Assembly: GCA_963813155.1 (NCBI GenBank)
Contig: CAWEYG010000002.1
Span: 320,001-384,000 of the forward strand
Reading direction: 5' to 3'
DNA length: 64,000 nt
Origin: an uncultured Acidobacteriota bacterium
GTDB lineage: Bacteria; Acidobacteriota; Thermoanaerobaculia; UBA5066; DATFVB01
In this document: positions 1 to 10,220 of the stretch, in pieces
How positions within the stretch are numbered: the first letter of the stretch is position 1
Layout: the number at the start of each line of letters is the position of its first letter
Notes under the pieces: model-generated
Seen by the model: only the letters and a program-made list of their open reading frames with translations
Database searches by the model: none
What the model was told of the DNA's origin: nothing
Position numbers and translations under genes: made by a program

Positions 1-419
1 GCGTCCCAGAGTCCGCCGCCAAAGTACGGGAGGGCCGGCGGCTGAGTGCTGGGACGCCCTCCATCGTACGCGGTATCCAAGGTCACTTCGGTGTAGAGGC
101 GAATCGGTTGGTCGCTTGTGAACTCAACCGAAGCAAAGAGTGGACCGATCGGCGTGTCACAGACTCGGTAATCCGCACAAAAAAACGCCCAGTCGGGTAG
201 GTCGAGAATGCCGTGCGCAGGGACCGTGAAGCTCGTTAGGGCTGGGAATCCCGTACCAATCACGTCCGTGATTGTTACCGACGCGGCCACGGCATTCGGG
301 TTCCAAACTCTCGTCTCGGTATGCCACGGCCCTGCTGACCCGACGAGGGGTGCATGCGCGGTAAATGCGGCCGCCGCGGCGCACGGAAGAAATACAAGGA
401 TTCCGATGGCGACACGCAT
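1..419 (-). CDS. Secreted hypothetical protein, 5' part (runs off the window edge)
   Basis: Manual translation from ATG 419: MRVAIGILVFLPCAAAAAFTAHAPLVGSAGPWHTETRVWNPNAVAASVTITDVIG...; signal peptide; open to position 1; not in the ORF track because it has no stop in the window. Confidence 0.6.
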   Translation of the reverse strand, partial: MRVAIGILVFLPCAAAAAFTAHAPLVGSAGPWHTETRVWNPNAVAASVTITDVIGTGFPALTSFTVPAHGILDLPDWAFFCADYRVCDTPIGPLFASVEFTSDQPIRLYTEVTLDTAYDGGRPSTQPPALPYFGGGLWD

Positions 420-528
420 CCATGCGATCTTATATCGCCATTGACACCCGGCGAAGGGCGCGCCAAGATCTCTCGCCCGAAGCCTGTCAATTGCCGGCGG
501 CACTCGGCGACGCCGAAGGAGAGAGCCC

Positions 529-804
529 GTGAAGAAGCGAAATCGCTGGACGAGCCGGCGACAGATCGAGATCGAAACCAGCATGACGACGATCCCGACG
601 GACGTCATGTCCGAGAACTCGCACGCCGTTCATTCTCATTCGCATTCGCGGTTGAACCGCGACGAGACCGAAAAGCTCACGAGGCTCCGGCGGCAAGGGC
701 GGCAGGCGGGTCCCGACTCTCCGCCGCCAACTCCGCCGGCGACTCCGCCAACGGCCTCGGCACCGCCGAAACGCCGAGGCTGGCGACGCTTCTTCGGATC
801 TTGA
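529..804 (+). CDS. Small hypothetical protein, Pro-rich with a basic C-terminal tail
   Basis: AGGAG upstream of GTG; TTGACA-17-CAAGAT at 441-469; ends PPKRRGWRRFFGS. Confidence 0.4.
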   Translation: MKKRNRWTSRRQIEIETSMTTIPTDVMSENSHAVHSHSHSRLNRDETEKLTRLRRQGRQAGPDSPPPTPPATPPTASAPPKRRGWRRFFGS

Positions 805-843
805 CTCTTTGATAGCCTCGTCGCTCGGAAAGTGGAGGTCGGA

Positions 844-3800
844 ATGAATCGACTCGGCGTCTTCCTCACCGCCCTGGCTCTCGCTCTCTTCTCCGTCGCG
901 CCCGCGCGCGCCGCCTCGAAGCCGGAAAAGCCGGCCGAGCCCGAGCCGCAGAGCGAATCGGGCGACTTTCTCCAGAACTTCAAGGTCCGAAACCTCGGAC
1001 CCACGGTCGGCGGCGGGCGCGTGAGCGCCGTCGCCGGAGTCCCGGGCGACCCGAACGTCTACTACGTCGGCGCGGCCGGGGGCGGCGTCTTCAAGACCGT
1101 GGACGGCGGCAACTCCTGGAAGGCGATCTTCGAGAAGGAGCTGACCGCGTCGATCGGGGCAGTCGCGGTGGCTCCATCGAACCCGAACATCGTCTGGGTC
1201 GGAACGGGCGAGGCGAACATCCGCAACGACGCCCTCCCGGGCCGCGGCATCTATCTCTCCTCCGACGCCGGCCAGTCGTGGAAACGCATGGGTCTCGAAA
1301 ACGCCGGGCAGATCTCGACGATCCTCATCGACCCGAACGACCCCCGAACCGTTTTCGCCGGGGTCTTCGGGCACGAGTGGGCTCCCAATTCCGAGCGCGG
1401 CGTCTTTCGGACGACCGACGGGGGCCTGACCTGGTCGAAGGTTCTCTTCGTCAACGACACGACGGGCGTCTGCGATCTCGTGATGGAGCCGGGGAACCCG
1501 CGCGTCCTGTTCGCCGCGATGTGGCACGCGCACCGTCTCCCGTGGGAGCTCGTCAGCGGCGGAGAGGGCAGCGGCCTCTACCGCTCGACCGACGGCGGAT
1601 CGACGTGGAAGAAATTGACGAAGGGCCTTCCGGAAGGCCCCATCGGCCGGATCGCGGTCGCGCAGGCGCCGGCGAACCCCCGCCACGTGTACGCCCTGTC
1701 GAGGCGAAGAAGGGGATGCTCTGGGAGTCGCTCGACCGCGGCGACGAATGGAAGGAAGTCAGCGACAGCAAGGTCCTGAACGCCCGGCCGTTCTATTTCT
1801 CGCGCCTCTTCGTCTCTTCCGAAGACGAGAGAAGGCTCTACTTCCTGTCCTACGAGCTCGTCCAGTCGGACGACGGCGGCAAGACGGCGCGCGCGATCGA
1901 CAAGGGGGTCCACGTGGATCACCACGCGCTCTGGATCGATCCGACGAACCCGTCGCGCATGATCCAGGGCAACGACGGCGGAGCCTACCTCTCGGCGGAC
2001 AAGGGAAGGAGCTGGCGTTACCTGAACAACCTTCCGATCGAGCAGTTCTACATGGTCGCCGCAGACTCCAGCGTCCCGTACAACCTCTGCGGCGGGCTGC
2101 AGGACAACAACGCCTGGTGCGGCCCCTCGAACAGCCTGAGCCGCGGCGGCATCGCCGGCGCCGACTGGTTCGTCACGGCGGGCGGCGACGGAGAGTACGC
2201 GGTGCCCGCGCCGAGCGATCCCTCCATCGTCTATTCCGATTCGCAGAACGGATTTCTCAATCGCCTCGATCTCAAGACGCACCTGAGCCGCTCGATCCGC
2301 CCTTACCCGCAGAGCGTCGGGGAAATGAAGCCCTCCGACCTGAAATACCGGTTCAACTGGACGTCGCCGATCGCGGTTTCCGCGACCGACGCGAACGAGG
2401 TCTACCTCGGCGGCAACGTCCTGTTCCGGTCCCGGGACGGGGGCGGACACTGGGAAGTGATCAGTCCGGACCTGACTCGAAACGACAAGAGCAAACAGGA
2501 AGTCAGCGGCGGCCCGATCGAGCACGACCTGTCCGGCGCCGAATCGTACGGCACGATCATCTCGATCACGATCGCCGAGTCCGACCCGCGAGTCGTGTGG
2601 GTCGGCAGCGACGACGGGCTCGTCCAGGTCACGCGCGACGGCGGAGCGACCTGGACGAACGCGACGAAGAACGTTCCGAAGGCTCCCGAGTGGGCGCGCG
2701 TCTACCAGGTCGGCGTGTCGCCGTTCGACGCCGGGACGGCCTACGCCTCGTTCGACGCGCACATGCTCGACGACAACCGCCCGTACGCGTTCAAGACGAC
2801 GGACTACGGGAAGACCTGGACGTCCATCTCCGCGGGTCTCCCCGCCGACGCGTCCGTGTACGTCGTCCGCGAAGACCCCAATCTCCGGGGGTTTCTCGCG
2901 GCGGGAACGGACCGGGGAGTGTGGTTCTCGCACGACGCCGGCGCTCACTGGCGGCGCCTGCAGGCCGACCTTCCGACGGTGGCCGTCTTCGACCTGAAGT
3001 TCGTTCGACCGACGCGCGATCTCGTCCTGGCGACCCACGGGCGCGGGATTTTCGTGCTCGACAACATCACTCCTCTCGAAGAGCTCTCTCCCGCCGTCGA
3101 GTCGAGCGCGTTCCACCTCTTCTCGGCGCGGCCGGCGACGCTCTTTCACCACTGGGGCCGCGGCGGATTCGGCAAGGACCCGACGGCTTCGCCGAACCCT
3201 CCCGACGGAGTGGAGATCGACTACTTCCTCAAGTCCGAGATCAAGAGCGAGGATTCGAAGGACGAGAATCCGCGCAACAAGAAGACCCCCGTCAAGATCG
3301 TCGTGACCGACGCGCAGGGAAGGCCCGTCGCGACGAAATACGGGGAATCGAAGCAGGGGTTGAATCGATTCGTCTGGAACATGCGGTACGACGGTCCGAA
3401 GGACCTGACTTTCGAAAAACAGCCGCCCCCGAGCGAATTCTTCGAGCGCGGCGTCGGACCCCACGTCCTTCCCGGTACCTACAAGATCACCGTGACGGTC
3501 AAGGGAGAGTCCCGAAGCACAACGGCGGAGGCACTCGCCGACCCGAGGCTCAAGCTCGACCCCGCGGAATTCCGCGAAGAAGTTCGCGCGGGCCTCGAAG
3601 CGAGAAACGAGCTCTCGGCCCTGAACGACGCCCTGAACCGCACCGACGGCCTTCAAAAACAGTTGAAGTCGATCGAAGGGATGCTCAAGAGCGACGAGAG
3701 CGAACCGAAGCCGGCGAAATACGCGCCCGTCCTCGACGCGGCGACGGCTCTTGAGAAGACGCTCAAGACCTTCAAAGACAGCGTTTACAACTCCGAGAGG

Positions 3801-4079
3801 CAGTCCGACGTCGGTCTCGATTTCGTCCACTACCTGTCGCGTTTTCAGGATGAACTGTCGGGGCTCGAGCGCGAGCTCGTCTCCGCCTACGCCGAGCCTC
3901 CGAACGAGGTCATCAAGGGCGAGATTGCGGCAAGGCGCAAGGATCTCGACGAGGTCCTCGGCCGGTGGGAACGAATTCGCGAGACCGACGTTCCGGCGTT
4001 CAACAAAATCGCCCAGGCGAACGGAGCTCCGACGGTGTTCGCCGGAGAGAAGATCACCGTGGAGGAGCCGAAGCTCTGA
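844..4079 (+). CDS. Secreted VPS10/sortilin-like BNR (Asp-box) repeat glycosyl hydrolase; one frameshift near 1698
   Basis: Signal peptide, GGRVSAVAG start motif, many SxDGGxTW Asp-boxes; reading frame changes at RHVYAL/(V)EAKKGML (ctgtcgag, one base short). Confidence 0.85.
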
Positions 4080-4082
4080 ACC

Positions 4083-4826
4083 TCACCCCTTGAGCTTCGC
4101 GACGAGCTCTCCGATCCGACGCTGCGCCGCGGGCGAAAACCAGAGGTCGATCCACTGCCGGGAGTCTTCCCTCCGCGCCCGCTCCGACCGCTCGACGGCC
4201 GACGCGCGAATCAAACGTTTCGATTCGGCGAAGGCCTCCCGGGGAATGGAAGCGAGTTGCCGGGCCCTTTCGACCGCGCGCCCTTCGAGCTCCGGCTCGG
4301 CGACGACCTCGTCGACGAGCCCGGCCGCGAGGGCCTGCTCGGGCGAGTAGAGAGGCCCCTCGAGGATCGTCCGCTCGAACATTCCGGGAGCGAGCCGCCC
4401 CCGGAAGGTCTCGACCACGAACGCCGGCAGGGCGAGGCCGAGTTGGGTCTCGTTCAGGCCGATTTTGAAGCTCCCCTGCGCCATCACGCGGGCGTCCGAC
4501 TGGAAAGCGAGGACGCAGCCCCCCGCGATCGCGTGGCCGTTGATCGCGGCGACGACCGGGGCCGGAAAGGAGAAGAGCCGCATCATCGATCCGTGGAGCG
4601 CCTCGTAGATCTCCTCGATCCGGGCGCGGTCCAGCGGCGCGAGGAAAGGAAGGTCGAGGCCTCCGGAGAAAAAACTCCTCGCGCCGATGAAGACGAGGGC
4701 CCCGGCATCTTTCGCGTCCGCCATGCCCTTTTCGAGCCCCGCGAAGAATTCCGGGTTCATCGCGTTGGCCTTGCCGTCGTCCATCCGGAGGACGGCGATT
4801 TCGCCTTTTCTCTCGACTCGAATCAT
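4083..4826 (-). CDS. Enoyl-CoA hydratase/isomerase family protein
   Basis: KANAM, FSGGLDL, AINGHAIAGG crotonase motifs. Confidence 0.9.
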   Translation of the reverse strand: MIRVERKGEIAVLRMDDGKANAMNPEFFAGLEKGMADAKDAGALVFIGARSFFSGGLDLPFLAPLDRARIEEIYEALHGSMMRLFSFPAPVVAAINGHAIAGGCVLAFQSDARVMAQGSFKIGLNETQLGLALPAFVVETFRGRLAPGMFERTILEGPLYSPEQALAAGLVDEVVAEPELEGRAVERARQLASIPREAFAESKRLIRASAVERSERARREDSRQWIDLWFSPAAQRRIGELVAKLKG

Positions 4827-4891
4827 GGCCGGATCATACTGGCGAGTCCGTTGGCGCGCATCGTGCAAAATGCTCTCAAAAGGAGGCCGCG

Positions 4892-5611
4892 ATGAATCCA
4901 CCCCTGTCCCGACGGTCGATGCTCACACGGTCGTTGATGCTCGGAGTCGCCGCCGCGGCACCCGGACTGGCCCGATCGGCGACGGGTCCGAAGAAGAACG
5001 ACGAACCGGAGGTCACGGCGACCGAAGACCTGATGCGCGAGCACGGAATTCTGCGCCGGATCCTCCTGGCCTATCGCGAGACGGCGGCAGGGCTCCGGCG
5101 GGGAGGGTCGCGGGTCGATCCCGCGGCGCTGCGCGACGCCGCGACGCTCTTTCGGACTTTTGGCGAGGAATACCACGAGAAGCTGCTCGAGGAACAAAAC
5201 ATCTTTCCCGTCGTTCGCAAGCGCGGCGGAGAGGCCGCGCGCCTCGTCGACGTCCTGCTCGCGCAGCACCAGCGGGGGCGCGAGATCACCGATTTCATCC
5301 TCTTGAAGGTTCGCGCCGGAAAAATCGGCGCCTCGGCGCCGATTCTCGCCGCGACGCTCGACGCCTTCGACCGCATGTACGAGAATCACGCCGCGCGCGA
5401 GGACACGATCGTCTTCCCGGAATGGAAGCGCGCGTTCTCGCCGAAAGCGCTCGACGAAAAGGCGGACGAGTTCGAGGACATCGAGCGGCGGATGTTCGGC
5501 AAGGACGGCTTTGACGACGCCGAGAAAAAAATCTCCCGAATCGAAGGCATCCTCGGGCTCTCCGATCTCGCGCAATTCACCGCCCCGGCGCCGCCGCGAA
5601 CGGCCACCTAG
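4892..5611 (+). CDS. Hemerythrin (HHE) domain protein with Tat signal
   Basis: SRRSML twin-arginine motif; LMREH, YHEKLLEE, QHQRGR and NHAARED metal-ligand motifs. Confidence 0.8.
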   Translation: MNPPLSRRSMLTRSLMLGVAAAAPGLARSATGPKKNDEPEVTATEDLMREHGILRRILLAYRETAAGLRRGGSRVDPAALRDAATLFRTFGEEYHEKLLEEQNIFPVVRKRGGEAARLVDVLLAQHQRGREITDFILLKVRAGKIGASAPILAATLDAFDRMYENHAAREDTIVFPEWKRAFSPKALDEKADEFEDIERRMFGKDGFDDAEKKISRIEGILGLSDLAQFTAPAPPRTAT

Positions 5612-5627
5612 GCCGCGCGGGAATCGA

Positions 5628-6851
5628 TCAGCCGTGCGTGTGGCCGGCGTGTCCTTCGCCGTGCGACCCGAACCGCACCCGCAGGAACCCGTGGACCGAG
5701 ACCGGATGCGCGCCGTACACGGAGTCGAGCTTCGAAGAGAACCGGTAAACGGTCGCATCGGCGCCCAGCCCCGTCTCGAGACCGGAGAGCCAGTCGATAT
5801 CCCGGACGAATCCCAGCGTCGCGGCCTGCACGGACGTGCGCCGGGGCGCCACGTCGTCGGGACGCTGGACTTTGTTCCGCAGCTCGTACAGGTCGCGGTC
5901 GACCGATTCGGCCCTTCCGTAGAGAAAGTTCTTTTCGCCGAACTTCCAGGTGAGCTCGAAGAGGTTTCCCCACTCCGGCCCGGTCGGGGTCTGGTTCTTT
6001 CCGGCGCCGAGAGTCGCCGCGACGAAACCGCCCGAGGTCGAAACCTGATATTGAATCGACCCGGTCGTGCGCGTCTGGTTTCCGCTCTCGAGTTTTTCCG
6101 GATGCTCGAGGTGGCCCGAAGAAAACTGAACCGACAGCTCCGGCGTCGGACGGATCCACAATCGCCCCGAATACGAGTCGATTCTTCCCTGCTCGATGTC
6201 CCATCGGTTTTCGTCCGGCTCGCGGCCGTGGAACGCCGAGGCTTCGAGCGTGAAGATCGAAGGGTTCCACGACACGGACACGACGTCCGCCGCGATGTGG
6301 GTCGAATCCTGGTTGTGGTGGGACAGGGGCGCCGTCGGGTTTTCGGACGCCGAAAGCCGGTGGGGGTAGGCTTCCGGCCCGAGCGCCGGCTCCCCGATCG
6401 GCGCGACATAAAGCCGAATTTTTCCGGCGGCGCCGAGCTCTTTCGCCCATGCGGCCGCGAGCTGAACGAAGAGGTCGTGGGGGTGCTGGCGGTCGACGAG
6501 CAGAGTGTTGTGGTACGTCTCGCCCCGTTGAAACAGCTCGCTCGAACCCCGGGCCGGGATCGTCGCGGGCTCCAGCGTGAAGGTTCCCAGAAGAGAAAGC
6601 TCCCCGCCCGCCCAGGCGCGGCTCGCGACGAACATGAAATGGTTCTGCGACTCGAACTCCCGGCCGCCGGAAGGGCCGCCCTGCCGGTTGCCGTTCAGGA
6701 ATGCGTAGCCGTGCATCATCGTCGCCCAGTGATCCGTCGGGGACGAAGATTCCATTGCCCCCATCGAGCTCATGTCGTGAGGAGCTTCCTGCGCGGCCGC
6801 GAAACCCGCCCCGAGCAGGCACGTTGCAATTACCGCGGATGAGATCCTCAT
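5628..6851 (-). CDS. Putative outer-membrane beta-barrel protein with His/Met-rich termini, probably metal related
   Basis: Signal peptide, HDMSSMGAM, DRQHPHDLF, APLSHHNQDSTHI, C-terminal HGEGHAGHTHG; start overlaps the MerR stop. Confidence 0.65.
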   Translation of the reverse strand: MRISSAVIATCLLGAGFAAAQEAPHDMSSMGAMESSSPTDHWATMMHGYAFLNGNRQGGPSGGREFESQNHFMFVASRAWAGGELSLLGTFTLEPATIPARGSSELFQRGETYHNTLLVDRQHPHDLFVQLAAAWAKELGAAGKIRLYVAPIGEPALGPEAYPHRLSASENPTAPLSHHNQDSTHIAADVVSVSWNPSIFTLEASAFHGREPDENRWDIEQGRIDSYSGRLWIRPTPELSVQFSSGHLEHPEKLESGNQTRTTGSIQYQVSTSGGFVAATLGAGKNQTPTGPEWGNLFELTWKFGEKNFLYGRAESVDRDLYELRNKVQRPDDVAPRRTSVQAATLGFVRDIDWLSGLETGLGADATVYRFSSKLDSVYGAHPVSVHGFLRVRFGSHGEGHAGHTHG

Positions 6852-7383
6852 TCGGCCGGCATCTTAACGACTCCCGCCCTTCCAAGATCGCGCCGAGGCC
6901 ACCGCGACCGGGCCGTCGCGCGGCCCGGCGCCGCTTCCGGCCCGGGCAAACGGCGGGCGACCAGCGCCTCCAGCAGACCGGCGCGCTTGCCCTCTCCGGC
7001 CTTCGCGAGCCTCCGGTCCCAGTCGGCGATGACGCTCTCCAGGTCCGAGCGCAACGAGGAGAGCGCGCGGATCTCGCCGCGCAAGCATTCGAGCTTCTCG
7101 CCGGCCAGCCGGCGAACATCCCGGCACGGAGCGCCGCCCGAATCGCGCACGCGCAGAATGGACGCGAGCTCGGACACGGAAAACCCGATCGAGAACGCCA
7201 CCCGAATGAGCCGCACGCGCGATATCGGCCTCGGGGGAATACCGGCGGTATCCGTTCGCTCCGCGGCGCGGAACCGGAAGCAGGCCCCGGCGCTCATAAA
7301 AGCGAAGTGAATCCTTGCTGATCCCGGCCAGCTGCGCGAGCTGCGCCGGCTCGCAGGAAGACCTTCTCCGGCTCCGATGTCAT
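6848..7383 (-). CDS. MerR-family heavy-metal-responsive regulator; two frameshifts near 7350 and 7225
   Basis: Reconstructed FLRAG/QLAQLAGISKDSLRFYERRGLLPVPRRGANGYRRYSPEA/ISRVRLIRVAFSIGFSVSEL...GAPCRDV. Confidence 0.8.
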
Positions 7384-7425
7384 TCCAGCTCTGAAACCCC
7401 GTTCACGGCCTTCAGATTCCCCAAT

Positions 7426-7968
7426 TCATCGTGCGCCCTCGATTGCCGTCGGATCTCCCGTCTCGTGATCGGCGATCTGGAACCGAAGAAAGTCGTGAAT
7501 CGCGTCGAGCGCGTCGGCATCGCGGGTCGAAAGACGGACCCGGGCGCCGCCCGCGATCTCCTCGTAACGATATTCGATCGCGTTCTGGTGCCGCTTCATC
7601 GTCGAGACTCCCGGAGGAACGGTGTCGTGAACGAACATCGGAATGGCGAAGTCTCCTTCGGCGAAAGCCTTCGCGATGTGCGTCAGATGCATCCGGATCT
7701 GATCCCGGCTCCCGGCGTCGGACGGATCTTTCGCGGTGACTTCGATCGATCCGCCCTCCGCGGACAGCCGAAAATGATGCGTCGTCTTTTCGTGCGAGAA
7801 CCCCATCCCCTGGTCTCCCCGGGTCTGAACTCCCTTCGAGTGTTCGTGCGTCTTCACGTCTCCGCTCTTGTTCATCATCGGACAATCGGTCATGTCTCCG
7901 CCGAAGGCGCCGAGTGCGATTCCGAGCACGACTCCCGCGATCGCCGGAACCTGGAATTTGTTTTTCAT
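7426..7968 (-). CDS. Conserved secreted hypothetical protein with His-rich motifs
   Basis: Signal peptide; RGDQGMGFSHEKTTHHF; AIHDFLRFQIADHETGD. Confidence 0.7.
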   Translation of the reverse strand: MKNKFQVPAIAGVVLGIALGAFGGDMTDCPMMNKSGDVKTHEHSKGVQTRGDQGMGFSHEKTTHHFRLSAEGGSIEVTAKDPSDAGSRDQIRMHLTHIAKAFAEGDFAIPMFVHDTVPPGVSTMKRHQNAIEYRYEEIAGGARVRLSTRDADALDAIHDFLRFQIADHETGDPTAIEGAR

Positions 7969-8079
7969 GATGCATCTCCCCGTCGTCGACGCTTCCGCGA
8001 AATTGCGGAGAAGCGGAACGACGCGAGCGGGAATGTACAGGGTGGAACGGGTTCCGCAGTCAAGGGCTACAATTCACCC

Positions 8080-8391
8080 ATGCCGAACGACCGTCTCGAA
8101 CAGCTCGAAAAACTCCGACAGGCCGATCCCTCCAACACGCTGACGCTGTACATGATCGTCAACGAGCTCTACAAGAGCGAGCGCTGGGAGGAGGTCGTGA
8201 ACGCGGCCCGCGACTACCTTTCGAAGGCGAGCGACGAGGGCTCGGCCTACCGGCTCCTCGCCCACTCGCTCGACCGTCTCGGCCGTCGGGCCGAAGCGAA
8301 GGCGGCTTTCCTCGAGGGAGCGGCCGTCGCGGAATCGCATCGCCACACCGGAATGGCCGATGAATTCCGCGAGGCTGCCGCCTCGCTCTGA
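8080..8391 (+). CDS. Small TPR-like helical protein
   Basis: MPNDRLEQLEKLRQADPSNTLTLYM...AYRLLAHSLDRLGRRAEAKAAF; TACAAT 6 nt before the ATG. Confidence 0.75.
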   Translation: MPNDRLEQLEKLRQADPSNTLTLYMIVNELYKSERWEEVVNAARDYLSKASDEGSAYRLLAHSLDRLGRRAEAKAAFLEGAAVAESHRHTGMADEFREAAASL

Positions 8392-8453
8392 AGGATTTCC
8401 GCTCCCCGTTTGAGCACGATTTTTGCGTCTCAAGAACGGCGAAAGGAGCGACG

Positions 8454-8654
8454 ATGCCGAGAAAAAGCTCGAGCGGGAGAAAGTACGGCCGCGTAGCCTC
8501 GAAGAAGGTCGAAAGGGCGATGCACGAACGGAAACAGGGAAAGCTTCGATCCGGCGGCTCCGGCAAGAAAGTGACGAGCCGAAAGCAGGCGATCGCGATC
8601 GGCCTTTCGGAAGCCCGGCGCGCGGGCGCAAAGGTCCCGAGCAAGAAAAGGTGA
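8454..8654 (+). CDS. DUF6496-like small basic protein
   Basis: KVERAMHERKQGKLRSG...VTSRKQAIAIGLSEARRAGAKVP; AGGAG RBS. Confidence 0.8.
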   Translation: MPRKSSSGRKYGRVASKKVERAMHERKQGKLRSGGSGKKVTSRKQAIAIGLSEARRAGAKVPSKKR

Positions 8655-8719
8655 CTCTTCCCGGGTGAGAAGGCCCCTGTTCCATTAGACTCGCGCACCG
8701 GCCGAGGCCGAATGGAACG

Positions 8720-9532
8720 ATGAACCTCTCTCGATTGCCCGCGCCCCTGATCGACTTCGCGCGGTTCGCCCGAACCGCGGCGCTCCGGGCCTGCGGGCCC
8801 GTGGAGCGGTGTTTCCGCGAGAAAGGGCTGCCCCCCCTGTGGCTTCGCCGGCACACCGGGCCCGTCGCGAATTTCTCGCGAAGCGCCCGGGACACGGCGG
8901 ACCTGATCTCGCGGCTCTCGCTTCTCGCGCCCGGCGCCGTCGTCCTCGACGCCGGATGCGGGGCGGGCGCGGCTGCCCTCGAGCTCCAGAAAGCGCTCGG
9001 AGGCGGGGGAAAATACATCGGTTTCGACGTGCACGCGCCGTCGATCCGCTGGTGCCGAAAGCGATTCCGCGGCGACCCGCGCTTTCGGTTCGAAATCGCC
9101 GAGGTTCGCACTCCGTTCAGCCGCAGGTCCTCCGGAAGCGCCCGAGAGCTCCGCTTTCCGGCCCCCGACGAAACCTGCGATCTCGTCCTCGCGAAATCGC
9201 TGTTCACCCATCTGCTCGCGCCGGAAGCCGCCGCCTATCTTCGGGAGATCGAGCGCGTTCTCGCCCCGGGCGGCCGAGCGCTCGTCACGGCGTTCCTGTT
9301 CGACCCGGCGGGCGACGTTCCCGCGTTTCCGTTTTCAAGCGGGGAGGGCTCGCAGAAGTGGAAAATCCGGAGCCGTCCCCACGCGGCAGTCGCCTTCTCC
9401 CGGCCCTTCTTCGAGACGATGATCTCGCAGGCCGGCCTTCGAGTGGAAAGAAGCATCGAAGGCTTCTACCCGGGAACCTCCGCGGTTCCCGTCGGCCAGG
9501 ACATGCTCGTGCTCGCGGGCGAAGCTTCCTAG
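8720..9532 (+). CDS. Class I SAM-dependent methyltransferase
   Basis: VLDAGCGAG motif I; SLFTHL; RVLAPGG. Confidence 0.85.
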   Translation: MNLSRLPAPLIDFARFARTAALRACGPVERCFREKGLPPLWLRRHTGPVANFSRSARDTADLISRLSLLAPGAVVLDAGCGAGAAALELQKALGGGGKYIGFDVHAPSIRWCRKRFRGDPRFRFEIAEVRTPFSRRSSGSARELRFPAPDETCDLVLAKSLFTHLLAPEAAAYLREIERVLAPGGRALVTAFLFDPAGDVPAFPFSSGEGSQKWKIRSRPHAAVAFSRPFFETMISQAGLRVERSIEGFYPGTSAVPVGQDMLVLAGEAS

Positions 9533-9540
9533 CGTGCCGT

Positions 9541-10131
9541 TCAAAGAAGCTTTCCATCGCCCGGAGTGTCGATGTCGAGCGCACCCGCCGGAAAGTCGAT
9601 CGCCGCCACGGGGATGCCCGCCGACCGAAGGAGAGCACGCGCCCCCTCGTCGCCCGTCAGCGCTTCGAGCCGTTCGAAGAGGGAGTGGGAAAAAATCGCG
9701 GGAGGACCGAGAACGCCCTCGTAGCGGCACGCCGCGGCGGGTTCCGGCCCGCGGGCATATCGGCCCGCGAGCGAGCGGAGCAATCCCTCGTCGACGAGCG
9801 GCTGGTCGGCGAGAAAGATCAATACCGCTTCGGCCCGCGGAGCCGCGGACCGGACTCGGGCAAGGCCCGCGCGGATCGACGACGACATCCCTTCGCTCCA
9901 TCGGGGATTGACGACGACCTCGGCCCCCGACCCCTCGAGCTCCGGCAGGATCGCCTCGAAAGACGACCCGAGGACGACGACGCCCGGCCGGAAGCCCGAC
10001 GCGAGAGCGGTGTCCGCGGCACGTCGAACGAGCGACTTTCCCTCGATTCGGCGCAGCTGCTTGGGCGACCCATGGCGGCGGGACTCGCCCGCCGCGAGCA
10101 CGATCGACGCGATTTCGACGTCGCTCGCCAT
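9541..10131 (-). CDS. Nucleotidyltransferase, MocA/MobA-like (molybdenum cofactor cytidylyltransferase family)
   Basis: LAAGESRRHGSPKQL, GMSSSI, LADQP, GDEGAR, DIDTPGD. Confidence 0.85.
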   Translation of the reverse strand: MASDVEIASIVLAAGESRRHGSPKQLRRIEGKSLVRRAADTALASGFRPGVVVLGSSFEAILPELEGSGAEVVVNPRWSEGMSSSIRAGLARVRSAAPRAEAVLIFLADQPLVDEGLLRSLAGRYARGPEPAAACRYEGVLGPPAIFSHSLFERLEALTGDEGARALLRSAGIPVAAIDFPAGALDIDTPGDGKLL

Positions 10132-10220
10132 GCGAGGAGTCTGCCACAGAGAGCCGGGAGCGAGCCCGATCCCGCGGATCGGCGGAAACCTTCGGCGCCG
10201 GCCCGCGTAACAGGACAGAC

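Noticed and set aside
487-3830. Long antisense and alternative-frame ORFs (e.g. 487-1686-, 1578-3830-, also 32580-35594-, 58183-60441-)
   Set aside because: Shadow ORFs of GC-rich genes; Arg/Pro-rich with no motifs
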